Below, one piece after another: positions 39,875 through 51,594 of a DNA stretch of 64,000 nt. The notes under the pieces are model-generated. The model made no database searches and had not been told where the DNA came from. It was given only the letters and a program-made list of their open reading frames with translations. The stretch covers positions 62,001 through 126,000 of the forward strand of contig NW_027139215.1 of the NCBI RefSeq assembly GCF_035084215.1, written 5' to 3'. The position numbers were made by a program, and so were the translations under genes. Source of the DNA: Heptranchias perlo (Eukaryota). Within the stretch, counting starts at the first letter, position 1; each line of letters begins with the position of its first letter.

Positions 39875-40674
39875 TTATCAAATGACCAATAAAGCAGTGA
39901 CCACTTGTATCTTCTCATGGCTGGTTGCTCATTTCTCACTGTCTCCAGTCAACGACACAATGAGTGCTCAATACCGTGTTAGTAACACACTGCACTCCTC
40001 CGTCAGTTCCTCCTGTTAGTGAAATGGGTTGAAATGGGTCCATGTAACTAGTGGCAGAATGGCTGGTAATAGTGTATCCAGGCCCAGTCCAGGGATGGCT
40101 GCAGCAATGGGTGAAGGCTTGCCAGGCCCTCATTGTGCAGGTCAATGAGCTCTGAAGGGACAGTGGGACTGGCCTGAAGTCCTGGTGCCGGGTGGTTGAC
40201 TGCCCAATCATTCCCTTGGTGCTCTGTGGCCATTGATCACTCGAATCCGCACATGGGCTCCAAACTCCTAAACTTTCCCATTTGGAGCTAATTGTCCAAA
40301 CACCAATAGGATTGAAAGTGGGTGGACTTGAACTCTCTTCCAAGATTGAAGATCTCTGCCCCTGGTGTGAAGATCTTTGTTTTGTTGGGCTGGGGCTCCA
40401 AGTAAATTTCCAATGCCCAGTGTTAAGATTAATGTTCACAGGGGGCAATGTTGTGCTCATTGGGTACAGGCACAGAGTGCGAGGGACGGGGAGCCCAGCG
40501 GTTGTGATTTACCTCTGTTGGATTTGAATTTCACCTGTCTTCTCGTGAGCACAGACTGAAGTTTCGTTATCCTCAGCTTCCCCTCACGGCAGGCCCTCAG
40601 GATTGTATTGTAAGTAGTTAGTGCTATTTTTCAGATTCCGTTATTGTTTATCATTCACTATATTTGAGGGGTGG

Positions 40675-40950
40675 CAATAGGAACAGGAGTTGGCCATTTA
40701 GCCCCTCTCGCCTGGTCCACCATTCAATGAGATCATGGTTGATCTGTGACATAACTCCATATACCTGCCTTAGTCATATCCCTTACCTTTTTGATTAACA
40801 AAATTTTAACCTGAGATAATAGATTTAACAATTGAGCTAGCATCAACTGCCATTTGTGGAAGAGTGTTCCTAACTTCTCCCACTCGTGTGTAGAAGTGTC
40901 TCTTAACTTCATTCCTGAAAGTCCTAATTCGAACTTCGAGGTTATGTCCC
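40675..40950 (-). mobile_element. CR1-type LINE 3' fragment
   Basis: ATAGGAACAGGAGTTGGCCATTTAGCCC.. is the reverse complement of a CR1-like tail. Confidence 0.65.
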
Positions 40951-41914
40951 CTGGCCGTTAAACTGGCTGTGTCTTTATAACTTTACAGTGAATTGGGTAC
41001 AATCCATGTCTGGGACAACCTTGCCTTTGAAATACTGAAATTTGTTCATAAAATGTTCTTCAGATTTAATAAGAGCATATTTGTTTATCTTTACTGAGCT
41101 GGGTTTTTCTTTTTGGTAAATCAGACATTCAGGGGGTTTATTAAACAGGATGAGAGCTGTTAGCAGTAAACACCCTCGCTTCAGACAACATTCTTTGGCA
41201 GGTGGAAACCACTCCTCCATTTAAATCAAATCATAGTAATATTTTACTTGAGCTATAATCACTGAAGTTTAGTGTTTAAACATAGCAGGAGATCCAGGCT
41301 CGTTCTGTTGCAGTAGAATCATAATAAGTTAGTGGGAACTTTTAACAATAGCAATTCATTTCTGCTCACTACACACAAGGTGATTTTTCTTCCAGTGGAA
41401 ACTGCAGTCAGACGGCCCCTCCTCACTTTCACTCTCAGCTTCCTCACACTATTGATAAATAATGTTAGGAAACATTAAACCCAATCGATGACAATACATT
41501 GTAGTGTAGTGTAGGGCCATCCTACCCTCTTCTGACTCTTGTCTGATTTACATGTAAACATTTCAGGGAGGCTTTACAAACTGGATATACTGACCAGGAC
41601 ACCAGGAGAACTACTTTGGGGTATTTTTAAAATGTTGCAACAAAATACCATGTAGAAATGCTTCATGAATTCATTCTCAATGAAGCTTAGGATCTTACAG
41701 GACAGAAAGAGGTGACTTTCCTCTCGCCCCCTCATCCAATTTAATGTTCCTCTGTTCCAAGGTGCCTCCACTATTATTCCCATTTAAAATAATTCATGGA
41801 GTCTGTGTGAACAACATTTTCGGGCAGAACTCTACATTGTCCCCTCCCTATAAAGATATTTTTTTGAACCGTAGACATGTATCTTTTGCCATGTTACATT
41901 TGAACCTAGGGGTT

Positions 41915-42550
41915 ATAGAATCATAGAAATTTACAGCACAGAAGGAGGCTATTCGGACCATTGTCTGTGCCAGCTGAAAAAGCTATCCAGCCTAATCGCA
42001 CTCTTGGTCTTGGTCCGCAGCCTTGCAGGTGACGGGACTTCAAGTGAGCATCCAAGTACTTATAAAAAGCGATGTTGGTTTCTGCCTCTACCACCCTTTT
42101 AGCGAGTCAGGCTCAAACCCACACCACCCTCTGGGTGAAAAAAATTATCCCCAGATCCCCTCGAATTCTTCCAATTATTTGAAATATATGCCCCCTGGTT
42201 ATTGGCCTCTCTGCTAAGGGATATAGGACCTTCATATTCTTTTTTTATTTGTTCATGGGATGTGGGTGTTACTGGCAAGGGCAGCATTTATTGCCCATCG
42301 CATTTGCCTTTGAGAAGGTGGGGGTGAGTTGCCGCCTTGAAGTGACGCAGTCCGCGTGGCCCCCAATAATTTAATACACCTCAATTAAATCCCCCATCAG
42401 CATCCTCTGTTTCAATGAAAACAACTCCAGCCGATCCAATCCTTCCTCATAGCTAAAAGTCTCCACTCCTGGAACATCCTTGTAAATCTCCTCTGTACCC
42501 TCTCTGGTCCAATCCCATCTTTCCTGTAATGTGGTGACCTGAACTGGACA
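41915..42550 (-). mobile_element. CR1-type LINE 3' fragment interrupted at ~42238-42358 by the tail of the 46.3-kb LINE family
   Basis: TAGAATCATAGAA terminal repeat; nested GTTCATGGGATGTGGG..GCATTTATTGCCCATC. Confidence 0.7.
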
Positions 42551-42639
42551 CGAGTTAAATTTATTAGTCCGCCTGTTCCCACAGGTCCCAGTCGAGTTTC
42601 TTCATTCCTTTCCTTGGTTCAATCCGTCATTCACCGATT

Positions 42640-43150
42640 GGGTTTATGACCGGTCACCACCTCCTGTGATTTCCCCAATTGGCTGCCCCTCTTCTCAGAG
42701 ATTCTCTCGCTCCACAGACCACCTGCACTCTGTCGGTTCCACCAATCCGGGAAGCTTCATCTGTGATTGGATGAACTCGGTGACCCGGGCCCGTCATGGC
42801 GGCCGGATCTCCCACAATGCAGAGCGGCAGAGAAAAGGCCCCATCTGTGAGACGGGCCGCGCTGCACTCTGGGAGAATGTTAGCACATGCGCACATCACC
42901 CGCCGGATCAGCGACCGCTTCCTGTTGTGTCGCGAGACAAACTTTCCGTTTTTTCGGTTGAGAACGAGCGGTTTTTATTGTGACGGAAACTGACGTCACT
43001 TTTCCTTTGAATCGCGCGGTTTGATTTAAATAAACGGCGCACATGCGCAGTGTGGCGCGTCCCTCTTAAAGGGCCCTGGACCGGCCGAGAGTCCCCGAGC
43101 CCGGGGTCAGGACCGAGAGACGGGCAATGGGATTCGAGCGGAGGGCGGCA
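42640..43150. promoter_or_regulatory. CpG-island-like promoter
   Basis: Local CpG enrichment; CRE TGACGTCA 42991-42998; NRF1-like GCACATGCGCA twice; TCGCGAGA ~42930. Confidence 0.5.
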
Positions 43151-43810
43151 GCACAAGTTGGTGAAACCGTTAAAACAGCATCCGGTTCCTTGGCTTAATA
43201 ATAGAGAAATAGAGCACAAAAGCAAGGAAGTTATGTTAAACGTTTATAAATCATTGTTCAGGCCTCATCTGAAGTATTGTGTCCAATTCTGGGCACTATA
43301 ATTTATTAAGGAGGTCAAGGTCTTGGAGAGGATGGAGAGGAGATTTCCCAGAATTATACCAGGGATGGGGTTTAGTTGTGTGGAGAGACTCGAGAACCTG
43401 GGATTGTTCTGCTTCGAGCAATGAAGGTTAAGGGTAGAAGTAATCCACGTGTTCAAAATTAAGAGGGGTTTTGATCGAGTAAATAAGGAGAAACTTCACC
43501 CACTGGCGGGAGGGTCGGCAACCAACGGACGCAGATTTAAGATAATTGGCAAAAGAACTAGAAGGGAGTTAAGGAGATTTTTTACACAGCGAATTGTTAT
43601 GATCTGGAACGCACTGCCTCAAAGGATGGTGGAGCTCGATTCAATCGTAACTTTAAAAGGAAAATTGGATAAATACTTGAAAAGGTAAAAATTACAAAGT
43701 TTATGGGTAAAGAGCACGGGAATGGGAGTAATCGGTTACATCCTTCAAAGAGCTGGCCACTGCACGATGGGTCGAATGGCCTCCTGTGCTGTGAGATTCT
43801 AGGATTGTAT
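43147..43810 (+). mobile_element. CR1-type LINE 3' fragment (duplicated at 62305-62840)
   Basis: YKSLFRPHLKYCVQFW and FFTQRIVMIWNALP motifs. Confidence 0.85.
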
Positions 43811-44974
43811 ATTTTCCATATATTTGTTTCTGTCAGAAGGACAATGGCAGGCTGTCTGAGCAAAGCAGATGTTCAAAAGGTCCAAACACACGAGGCATCA
43901 AAGAATCAGGTGTAGATTTCAGCCCAAAGATGTTTTTTCTGCTCCAGTCATCAGCACAGCACAGACCCCTGAAACACAACCAGTCACTCCTTCCAATATC
44001 ACAGAGCCAGAAACAGACCAGCTCTCAGTTTGCTTTCGAGTGAGTGCTGAACTCATCACATGGTGTCTGCACTAAACTGGCAATTAGAATCTCCTGATCA
44101 CTTGGCTGTTTGTTAATACGGTAAAAAATCAGATTTTAACTGACCTGCCCTTTTCAATCCATTTATTGATCATTCACAGAGGCCCAAAGAGACCTCTGAG
44201 AGTGTCTGAATCAGCTGTACTAAAGATGATCCATTAGTTCTTCGCGATGAACGTGATGAAAACATATGTCGCTCATTGATTTTGGTGTCAGAAGGTTAGA
44301 TATTTATCTCACGGTGGGAGAGAGATGAATAAGATGAAATAAAGCGAGTGTCTGTGACAATGTTTGAATGACCGACACCAATCCGGAATTTGTACAATGC
44401 TGAATGTTTCAATTCACAATGTGGATTTCCAATGGATTCTCTGCAATGTTAACACAAATCCGTTTGTTCCACAGGAGATGGTCGTGGTTCTGGTCACAGG
44501 AAATGTACAAATTCAGAAAATTTATTGTCTTGAATTTCTATATACTTCAGTTCCCAGAACGAATAATTACAGACTCTCTGGGGTACATTTTCCGCTTGGT
44601 GATCTGGTGTAAAACTGGCCTTGCAGATTGACCGCTCGTTATTAAAACCACCTGGGGCAGGAATTCTTCCTGGACGGTACCGCCTGACGGCCGGAATCGC
44701 TCGCTGAAGCTTCCTCCTGATATTCAGTCAAGTCCCACTGAAGTCAAGGCAACTGAATATCAGGTGGGATGTGTGATGGGCGGCCTATCCGCTATCACCC
44801 ACTTTGTGCTACAGCCCAAGACCATTCTGATTCCCATTGAAATGAACGGCAGGGAAATTCCCGCGGTTTGTATAAACGGCGGGCGATCCGCCCACCAAAT
44901 GACCTCCAGGCGGTGAAGACATATGTCGACATCTCCTCGTCACCGGGGCAGATTCGGTACTGGCGCTCGGGCAT

Positions 44975-45093
44975 GAAACTGCCGTTGGCTCTGTGGGACT
45001 GGATAGACCCAGACCGACTGGAAGTGTACGGGGATATGCTTCTGGCAGACAGCATGTCAGAGTCCACGAGGAAAGGCATCATCACCCTCATCT
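44975..45093 (+). mobile_element. Short RT-region fragment of a different Tx1/L1-like family
   Basis: ALWDWIDPDRLEVYGDMLLADSMSESTRKGIITLI parallels AFWDVLGGDYARVLGECLATGEMPLSWRRAVVVLL. Confidence 0.55.
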
Positions 45094-46346
45094 CCACCTG
45101 CCACCTTGTCCACTCACGTAACCTGTCTGTATCCCTTTGCAGACACTTTGTGTCCTCCTCACAGCTCACTTTCCCACGTAGCTGGCGTCAGAGATCTTTT
45201 TACACTCATATACATTGTAAATAGCTGAGGCCCAGTAAAGGCCGGTATCGCTCGCTGATAAGTCAAGGGTAAAATCCCTACGAGGACATTGGTCCCAGTC
45301 TTGTTGAGGTGCAACCCGTCCATCTTGTACAGGTCTTTAGTATTAATCAAAGTGCACAATGACGCCCCGGTAAAGCGAGTATCTCCCCACAGATACTACC
45401 TGACCTGCTGAGTGTTGCCAGCAGTTTCTGGGTTTATTTTTGAGCTTTCACGATAGCAGTTTTCCTGACAACCTGCAACTTGCCTCAAGGGCGCAGCTTC
45501 AAGCACAACTTTCTTGTGCTCTTCTCACACACAAGATCACACTTTACTTTCCGACACATGCGTTTAAAATCTGCCGTTTCCGCACACAGCGTCCTGCGCC
45601 ACGAGAATTTGAAAGACCTTCCGCTCATGGACTGTCATCGCTCCTTTTTCCCCACAGGCGCTCTTTACATTTATCCTCTACTCGTTTCAATCACAGGTTT
45701 CAACAGAACTATTAAGATCAAGGCGGAACACTTCCGATCTCACTGCACCGCCCCAACTTGCCAAATGTGCACCTTTCAACCGCCATTCGCAGCTCTGTAA
45801 CGCTGCCCGTCACTCACGCAACTCAACTGCTGAGAGAAAAGAGCCAACAAGCAACAAAACAAAAACCAGTTCTTCAGTTACCATCCCCTGGATCACAAGA
45901 TTCCCCAAGTAAATTTCGTGAACAATCGGGCGGCTGTCTTTCCAGAGACCAGCCCTGCTTTCGTCGTGTTTGTCTGTCGAGCGGTCACGCAGATCGAAAT
46001 GTATCGACTGGTTTCAAGGCACAAATGAACATTGGTGTGAATGGGACATGTGCCCAATAGAAACAGCGGTCGGAGCAGAACAAACTGAAAGGCGTGAGAT
46101 CGTGAAAGTGAATGTTAGAGTCGGCAATGGAGCAGGAAAGTGTCCATGAAATAGAAGGAGGGAAGTCAAGGCGGCCCATTGACTGTGGAAGGAAGAAAAA
46201 GCTGGGAGAAGAGGCGGGTTTGAACTGTGGAACATCAAGGACAGGCATGTGAGAGTGCTGGGATTTGACGGAATTAAAAGGTTTCACCAAAATAATATTA
46301 TTTCTTGTGCGAAAGATTGATTTCTTGCTGCATTCTCTTAGCATAT

Positions 46347-49300
46347 GTGGCATAGTGGTTATGTTACTGGGCTAGTAATCCAGAGGCCTGGACTGAAATC
46401 CAGAGTCATAAGATCAATTAAAAAATTCAATTAATTAAATAAAAATCTGGAATTAAAATACTAGTATCAGTAATGATGGCCATGAAACTACCGGATTGTC
46501 GTAAAAACCCACCTGGTTCACTAATGTCCTTTAGGGAAGGAAGCCTGCCGCCCTTACCCGGTCTGGCCGATATGTGACTCCAGACCCACAGCAATGTGGT
46601 TGATTCTTAATTGCCCTCTGAAATGGCCTAGCAAGCCACTCAGTTGTAAAATCTCGCTACGAAAAGTCACAATAAGAATAAAACCGGACGGACCACGAGG
46701 CACCGGACACGACAACGGCAAAACACCAAGCCCAGTCGACCCTGCAAGGTCCTCCTTACTAACATCTGGGGACTTGTGTCAAAATTGGGAGAGCTGTCCC
46801 ACAGACTAGTCAAGCAACAGCCTGACATAGCCATACTCACAGAAATATATCTTTCAGCCAACGTCCCAGACTCTTCCATCACCATCCCTGGGTATGTCCT
46901 GTCCCACCGGCAGGACAGACCCACCAGAGGTGGCGGTACAGTGATATACAGTCAGGAGGGAGTGGCCCAGGGAGTCCTCAACATTGACTCTGGACCCCAT
47001 GAAATCTCATGGCATCAGGTCAAACATGGGCAAGGAAACCTCCTGCTGATTACCACCTACCGTCCTCCCTCAGCTGATGAATCAGTCCTCCTCCATGTTG
47101 AACACCACTTGGAGGAAGCACTGAGGGTAGCAAGGGCACAAAATGTACTCTGGGTGGGGGACTTAAATGTCCATCACCAAGAGTGGCTCGGTAGCACCAC
47201 TACTGACCGAGCTGGCCGAGTCCTGAAGGACATAGCTGCTAGACTGGGCCTGCGGCAGATGGTGAGCGAACCAACACGAGGGAAAAAATTACTTGACCTC
47301 GTCCTCACCAATCTACCTGTCGCAAATGCATCTGTCCATGACAGTATTGGTAGGAGTGACCACCGCACAGTCCTCGTGGAGATGAAATCCCGTCTTCGCA
47401 CTGAGGTCACCATCCAACGTGTTGTGTGGCACTACCACTGTGCTAAATGGGATAGATTCAGAACAGATCCAGCAGCTCAAAACTGGGCATCCATATGGTG
47501 CTGTGGGCCATCAGCAGCAGCAGAATTGTATTCCAGCACAATCTGTAACCTCATGGCCCGGCATATTCCTCACTCTACCATTACCAACAAGCCAGGGGAT
47601 CAACCCTGGTTCAATGAGGAGTGTAGAAGAGCATGCCAGGAGCAGCACCAGGCGTACCTAAAAATGAGGTGCCAACCTGGTGAAGCTACAACTCAGGACT
47701 ACATGCATGCTAAACAGCGGAAGCAACATGCTATAGACAGAGCTAAGCAATTCCACAACCAACGGATCAGATCAAAGCTCTGCAGTCCCGCCACATCCAG
47801 TCGTGAACGGTGGTGGACAATTAAACAACTAACAGGAGGAGGAGGCTCTGCAAACATCCCCATTCTCAATGATGGCGGAGTCCAGCACGTGAGTGCAAAA
47901 GACAAGGCTGAAGCGTTTGCAACCATTTTCAGCCAGAAGTGCCGAGTGGATAATCCATCTCAGCCTCCTCCCGATATCCCCACCATCACAGAAGCCAGTC
48001 TTCAGCCAATTCGATTCACTCCACGTGATATCAAGAAACGGCTGAGTGCACTGGATACAGCAAAGGCTATGGGCCCCGACAACATCCCAGCTGTAGTGCT
48101 GAAGACTTGTGATCCAGAACTAGCTGGGCCTCTAGCCAAGCTGTTCCAGTACAGCTACAACACTGGCATCCACCCGACAATGTGGAAAATTGCCCAGGTA
48201 TGTCCTGTCCACAAAAAGCAGGACAAATCCAATCCGGCCAATTACCGCCCCATCAGTCTACTCTCAATCTTCAGCGAACTGATGGAAGGTGTGGTCGACA
48301 GTGCTATCAAGCGGCACTTACTCACCAATAACCTGCTCACCGATGCTCAGTTTGGGTTCCGCCAGGACCACTCGGCTCCAGACCTCATTACAGCCTTGGT
48401 CCAAACATGGACAAAAGAGCTGAATTCCAGAGGTGAGGTGAGAGTGACTGCCCTTGACATCAAGGCAGCATTTGACCGAGTGTGGCACCAAGGAGCCCTA
48501 GTAAAATTGAAGTCAATGGGAATCAGGGGGAAAACTCTCCAGTGGCTGGAGTCATACCTAGCACAAAGGAAGATGGTAGTGGTTGTTGGAGGCCAAGCAT
48601 CTCAGCCCCAGGGCATTGCTGCAGGAGTTCCTCAGGGCAGTGTCCTTGGCCCAACCATCTTCAGCTGCTTCATCAATGACCTTCCCTCCAGCATAAGGTC
48701 AGAAATGGGGATGTTCGCTGATGACTGCACAGTGTTCAGTTCCATTCGCAACCCCTCAGATAATGAAGCAGTCCGAGCCCGCATGCAGCAAGACCTGGAC
48801 AACATCCAGGCTTGGGCTCATAAGTGGCAAGTAACATTCGCGCCAGATAAGTGCCAGGCAATGACCATCTCCAACAAGAGAGAGTCTAACCACCTCCCCT
48901 TGACATTCAACGGCATTACCATCGCCGAATCCCCCACCATCAACATCCTGGGGGTCACCATTGACCAGAAACTTAACTGGACCAGCCATATAAATACTGT
49001 GGCTACGAGAGCAGGTCAGAGGCTGGGTATTCTGCGGCGAGTGACTCACCTCCTGACTCCCCAAAGCCTTTCCACCATCTACAAGGCACAAGTCAGGAGT
49101 GTGATGGAATATTCTCCACTTGCCTGGATGAGTGCAGCTCCAACAACACTCAAGAAGCTCGACACCATCCAAGATAAAGCAGCCCGCTTGATTGGCACCC
49201 CATCCACCACCCTAAACATTCACTCCCTTCACCACCGACGCACTGTGGCTGCAGTGTGCACCATCCACAGGATGCACTGCAGCAACTCGCCAAGGCTTCT

Positions 49301-49619
49301 TCGACAGCACCTCCCAAACCCGCGACCTCTACCACCTAGAAGGACAAGGGCAGCAGGCGCATGGGAACAACACCACCTGCACGTTCCCCTCCAAGTCACA
49401 CACCATCCCGACTTGGAAATATATCGCCGTTCCTTCATTGTCGCTGGGTCAAAATCCTGGAACTCCCTTCCGAACAGCACTGTGGGAGAACCGTCACCAC
49501 ACGGACTGCAGCGGTTCAAGAAGGCGGCTCACCACCACCTTCTAAAGGGCAATTAGGGATGGGCAATAAATGCCGGCCTTGCCAGCGACGCCCACATCCC
49601 GTGAACGAATAAAAAAAAA
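46347..49619 (+). mobile_element. Single-ORF CR1-group LINE with tRNA-like 5' head, near full length
   Basis: A box TGGCATAGTGG and anticodon-like arm at 46347-46383; one long ORF; short 3' UTR and A tail; absent from the paralogous segment at ~63740-63850. Confidence 0.9.
46650..49556 (+). CDS. APE endonuclease-reverse transcriptase ORF; frame open from 46650 with no AUG before the APE domain
   Basis: KVLLTNIWGL, LTE, YRPPS, GDLN, SDH; KAMGPD, YRPISLL, LDIKAAFD, GVPQGSVLGP, FADD. Confidence 0.9.
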   Translation, partial: NLATKSHNKNKTGRTTRHRTRQRQNTKPSRPCKVLLTNIWGLVSKLGELSHRLVKQQPDIAILTEIYLSANVPDSSITIPGYVLSHRQDRPTRGGGTVIYSQEGVAQGVLNIDSGPHEISWHQVKHGQGNLLLITTYRPPSADESVLLHVEHHLEEALRVARAQNVLWVGDLNVHHQEWLGSTTTDRAGRVLKDIAARLGLRQMVSEPTRGKKLLDLVLTNLPVANASVHDSIGRSDHRTVLVEMKSRLRTEVTIQRVVWHYHCAKWDRFRTDPAAQNWASIWCCGPSAAAELYSSTICNLMARHIPHSTITNKPGDQPWFNEECRRACQEQHQAYLKMRCQPGEATTQDYMHAKQRKQHAIDRAKQFHNQRIRSKLCSPATSSRERWWTIKQLTGGGGSANIPILNDGGVQHVSAKDKAEAFATIFSQKCRVDNPSQPPPDIPTITEASLQPIRFTPRDIKKRLSALDTAKAMGPDNIPAVVLKTCDPELAGPLAKLFQYSYNTGIHPTMWKIAQVCPVHKKQDKSNPANYRPISLLSIFSELMEGVVDSAIKRHLLTNNLLTDAQFGFRQDHSAPDLITALVQTWTKELNSRGEVRVTALDIKAAFDRVWHQGALVKLKSMGIRGKTLQWLESYLAQRKMVVVVGGQASQPQGIAAGVPQGSVLGPTIFSCFINDLPSSIRSEMGMFADDCTVFSSIRNPSDNEAVRARMQQDLDNIQAWAHKWQVTFAPDKCQAMTISNKRESNHLPLTFNGITIAESPTINILGVTIDQKLNWTSHINTVATRAGQRLGILRRVTHLLTPQSLSTIYKAQVRSVMEYSPLAWMSAAPTTLKKLDTIQDKAARLIGTPSTTLNIHSLHHRRTVAAVCTIHRMHCSNSPRLLRQHLPNPRPLPPRRTRAAGAWEQHHLHVPLQVTHHPDLEIYRRSFIVAGSKSWNSLPNSTVGEPSPHGLQRFKKAAHHHLLKGN

Positions 49620-49644
49620 TGGAGAAAATCGGTAAATGACACTC

Positions 49645-49716
49645 TGTGGAGACTCGGATTCGAACGGAGGTTACTGCGACCACAACGCAGAGTATTAACC
49701 ACAAAACGATCACGAC
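49645..49716 (-). tRNA. tRNA-His(GTG) pseudogene
   Basis: Matches vertebrate tRNA-His; acceptor stem and A box mutated. Confidence 0.8.
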
Positions 49717-49820
49717 GAGCGACATCAGGTGTGGCAGTTGTGCCTGAACAACAGCAATGGCGCTGCTTCGAAAAGAAGGATTCTGAGCGATGAGGCCAAA
49801 ACAACCAGCACCTCAAATTG

Positions 49821-49902
49821 TAGCAGCGGTGGGATTTAAAACCACGTCCCCACAGAAACTGGGACCTCAATCCAGCGCCTTCGACCGCTCAGCCACACTA
49901 CC
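49821..49902 (-). tRNA. tRNA-Leu (AAG/TAG family) pseudogene, anticodon reads GAG
   Basis: GGTAGTGTGGCTGAGCGGTCGAAGGCGCTGGATTGAGG...; T-loop damaged. Confidence 0.8.
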
Positions 49903-50027
49903 ATGTCACCTCTGCTGCCCTCAGAATCTGGGAACTGGTGATTGAAAAGCGGCTTTCTTACTCTGACCTTTCAGTCCAAGACTTTTCCTTTTACAAAATA
50001 AAAGGGCTTTCTTTGCACTGTTCATGC

Positions 50028-50109
50028 GACAAGGTGGCCGAGTGGTTACGGAAACGGACTGCTAATCCACTGTGCTCTGCACCCATGGTTTTGCATCCCA
50101 CCCGCGCCA
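50028..50109 (+). tRNA. tRNA-Ser(GCT) pseudogene
   Basis: GACAAGGTGGCCGAGTGGTT..GGACTGCTAATCCA.TGTGCTCTGCAC; B box and acceptor stem damaged. Confidence 0.8.
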
Positions 50110-50117
50110 TTATTGTA

Positions 50118-50505
50118 TTTTTTTAATCGTTCATGGGATGTGGCCATTGGATGTCAAGGGGAGGTGGTTAGACTCTCTCTTGTTGGAGATTGTCATTGCC
50201 TGGCAATTGTCTGGCGTGAATGTTACTTGCCACTTATCAGCCCAAGCCTGGATGTTGTCCAGGTCTTGCTGCATGTGGGCACTGACTGCATCTTATCTGT
50301 GGGGTTGCGAATGGAACTGAACACTGCGCAATCGTCAGCAAAGATCCCCATTTCTGACCTTATGATGGGGGAAAGGTCATTGATGAAGCAGCTGAAGATG
50401 GTTGGGCCAAAGACACTGCCCTGAGGAACTCCAGCAGCAATGTCCTGGGGCTGAGATGATTGGCCTCCAACAACCACTCCATCTTCTTTTGTGCTCGGTA
50501 TGCCG
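50118..50505 (-). mobile_element. Internally deleted fragment of the 46.3-kb LINE family
   Basis: GVPQGSVFGP...FADD joined to the family 3' tail. Confidence 0.88.
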
Positions 50506-51522
50506 ATCCAGTGGAGAGCTTTCCACCGGAGCGGCAGCTGAACGGATGGTCTCAATCTTTGTGACAGAATAGTCCAGGAGCTCCTCGCAATTTTTTTGGT
50601 GAGGGTGGAAGAGGCAGGGGGTGCAAGAAGTCGGTTTGTGGTCGAGAAGAGATACAGGGGATATCTTTGGATTCCAGGATGATCATGGAATAGTGAGCAG
50701 TTTTCTGTCTCACTCTGTTCAGAGAGAAAGAGACAGAGACCGACGCAGGAAAACATAGAAACGATGAGGCAAATACACAGACAAACAGACACAGACACAC
50801 AGAAACAGACACACATACACATGGAGTGACTCAGAAATACAGAGATACAGAACATCGATAATTTGGCTGATTTTTCATCGATTTCTGTCGCAGATTTCGT
50901 GAAATCTTGCAGATCAATTAAAATGAGCATAAAACTCGCGGTGTTCAACATCGTGGAATTTCAATTCACTTAAGAATTATTAATTCGACAAGGAACTTGT
51001 TGAATTTTGAAACGCAGAGATGAAACGGGTTGATGAATGACGGGATCTGAAGTCTGTCAGATTTGAACCTGCGCGCGGGAAATGAATGAATTTCGAATCT
51101 GTCACCTTATTCAACAGTCAGTAAAAATCACAATTGCTCTGCATCCAGTCCTCAAATAGTCTCCGTACAATAATATTCTGAAAGTGACAATCACCTGTTT
51201 TTTTTCTCTGCAGTTTATTTTTTGGAAGAAGCTCGGCGAAGACATAAAATTAAAAGTTGGAGTCTTATAAATGCTTCCTCCCCGTCGGGGAATGAAACCC
51301 CGGACGAAGGCGGGGCAACTCACCACGATAAGTGAGAAAGAAAGAACGAAAGAAAGACAGAGTCAGTTGTTCGTTGTCTAACAAAGAGATGGAAATGTAA
51401 AAGGTTCTTTCAAGAGTGGCCCGTGGAAAATGAAACAAACTGTCATCAAATAATTAGTTGAAAGAAATGCACTGATACATGAAGCATGTCTAACACCATA
51501 TGGGATGAGTGTACGGTTAACG

Positions 51523-51594
51523 CAGTAGTTAGTATAGTGGTGCGTATCCCCGCCTGTCACGCGGTCGACCGCGGTTCAGTTCCCAGACGGGGCG
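51523..51594 (+). tRNA. tRNA-Asp(GTC) pseudogene
   Basis: GTTAGTATAGTGGTGCGTATCCCCGCCTGTCACGCGG...; 5' acceptor strand lost. Confidence 0.8.

Noticed and set aside
39936-40460. 174-aa minus-strand ORF downstream of zp3
   Set aside because: No recognisable homology; could not be built into a gene model by eye.
43840-44630. Possible exon-like pieces (MAGCLSKADVQK...) with splice-like signals
   Set aside because: Frames contain stops and I cannot assign a family; needs a homology search.
44655-44865. Possible MITE with internal hairpin CCTGATATTCAGT/ACTGAATATCAGG
   Set aside because: Terminal inverted repeats and TSD could not be defined with confidence.
50223-50951. 242-aa minus-strand ORF
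   Set aside because: Low-complexity GT-rich sequence fused by chance to a LINE RT fragment.
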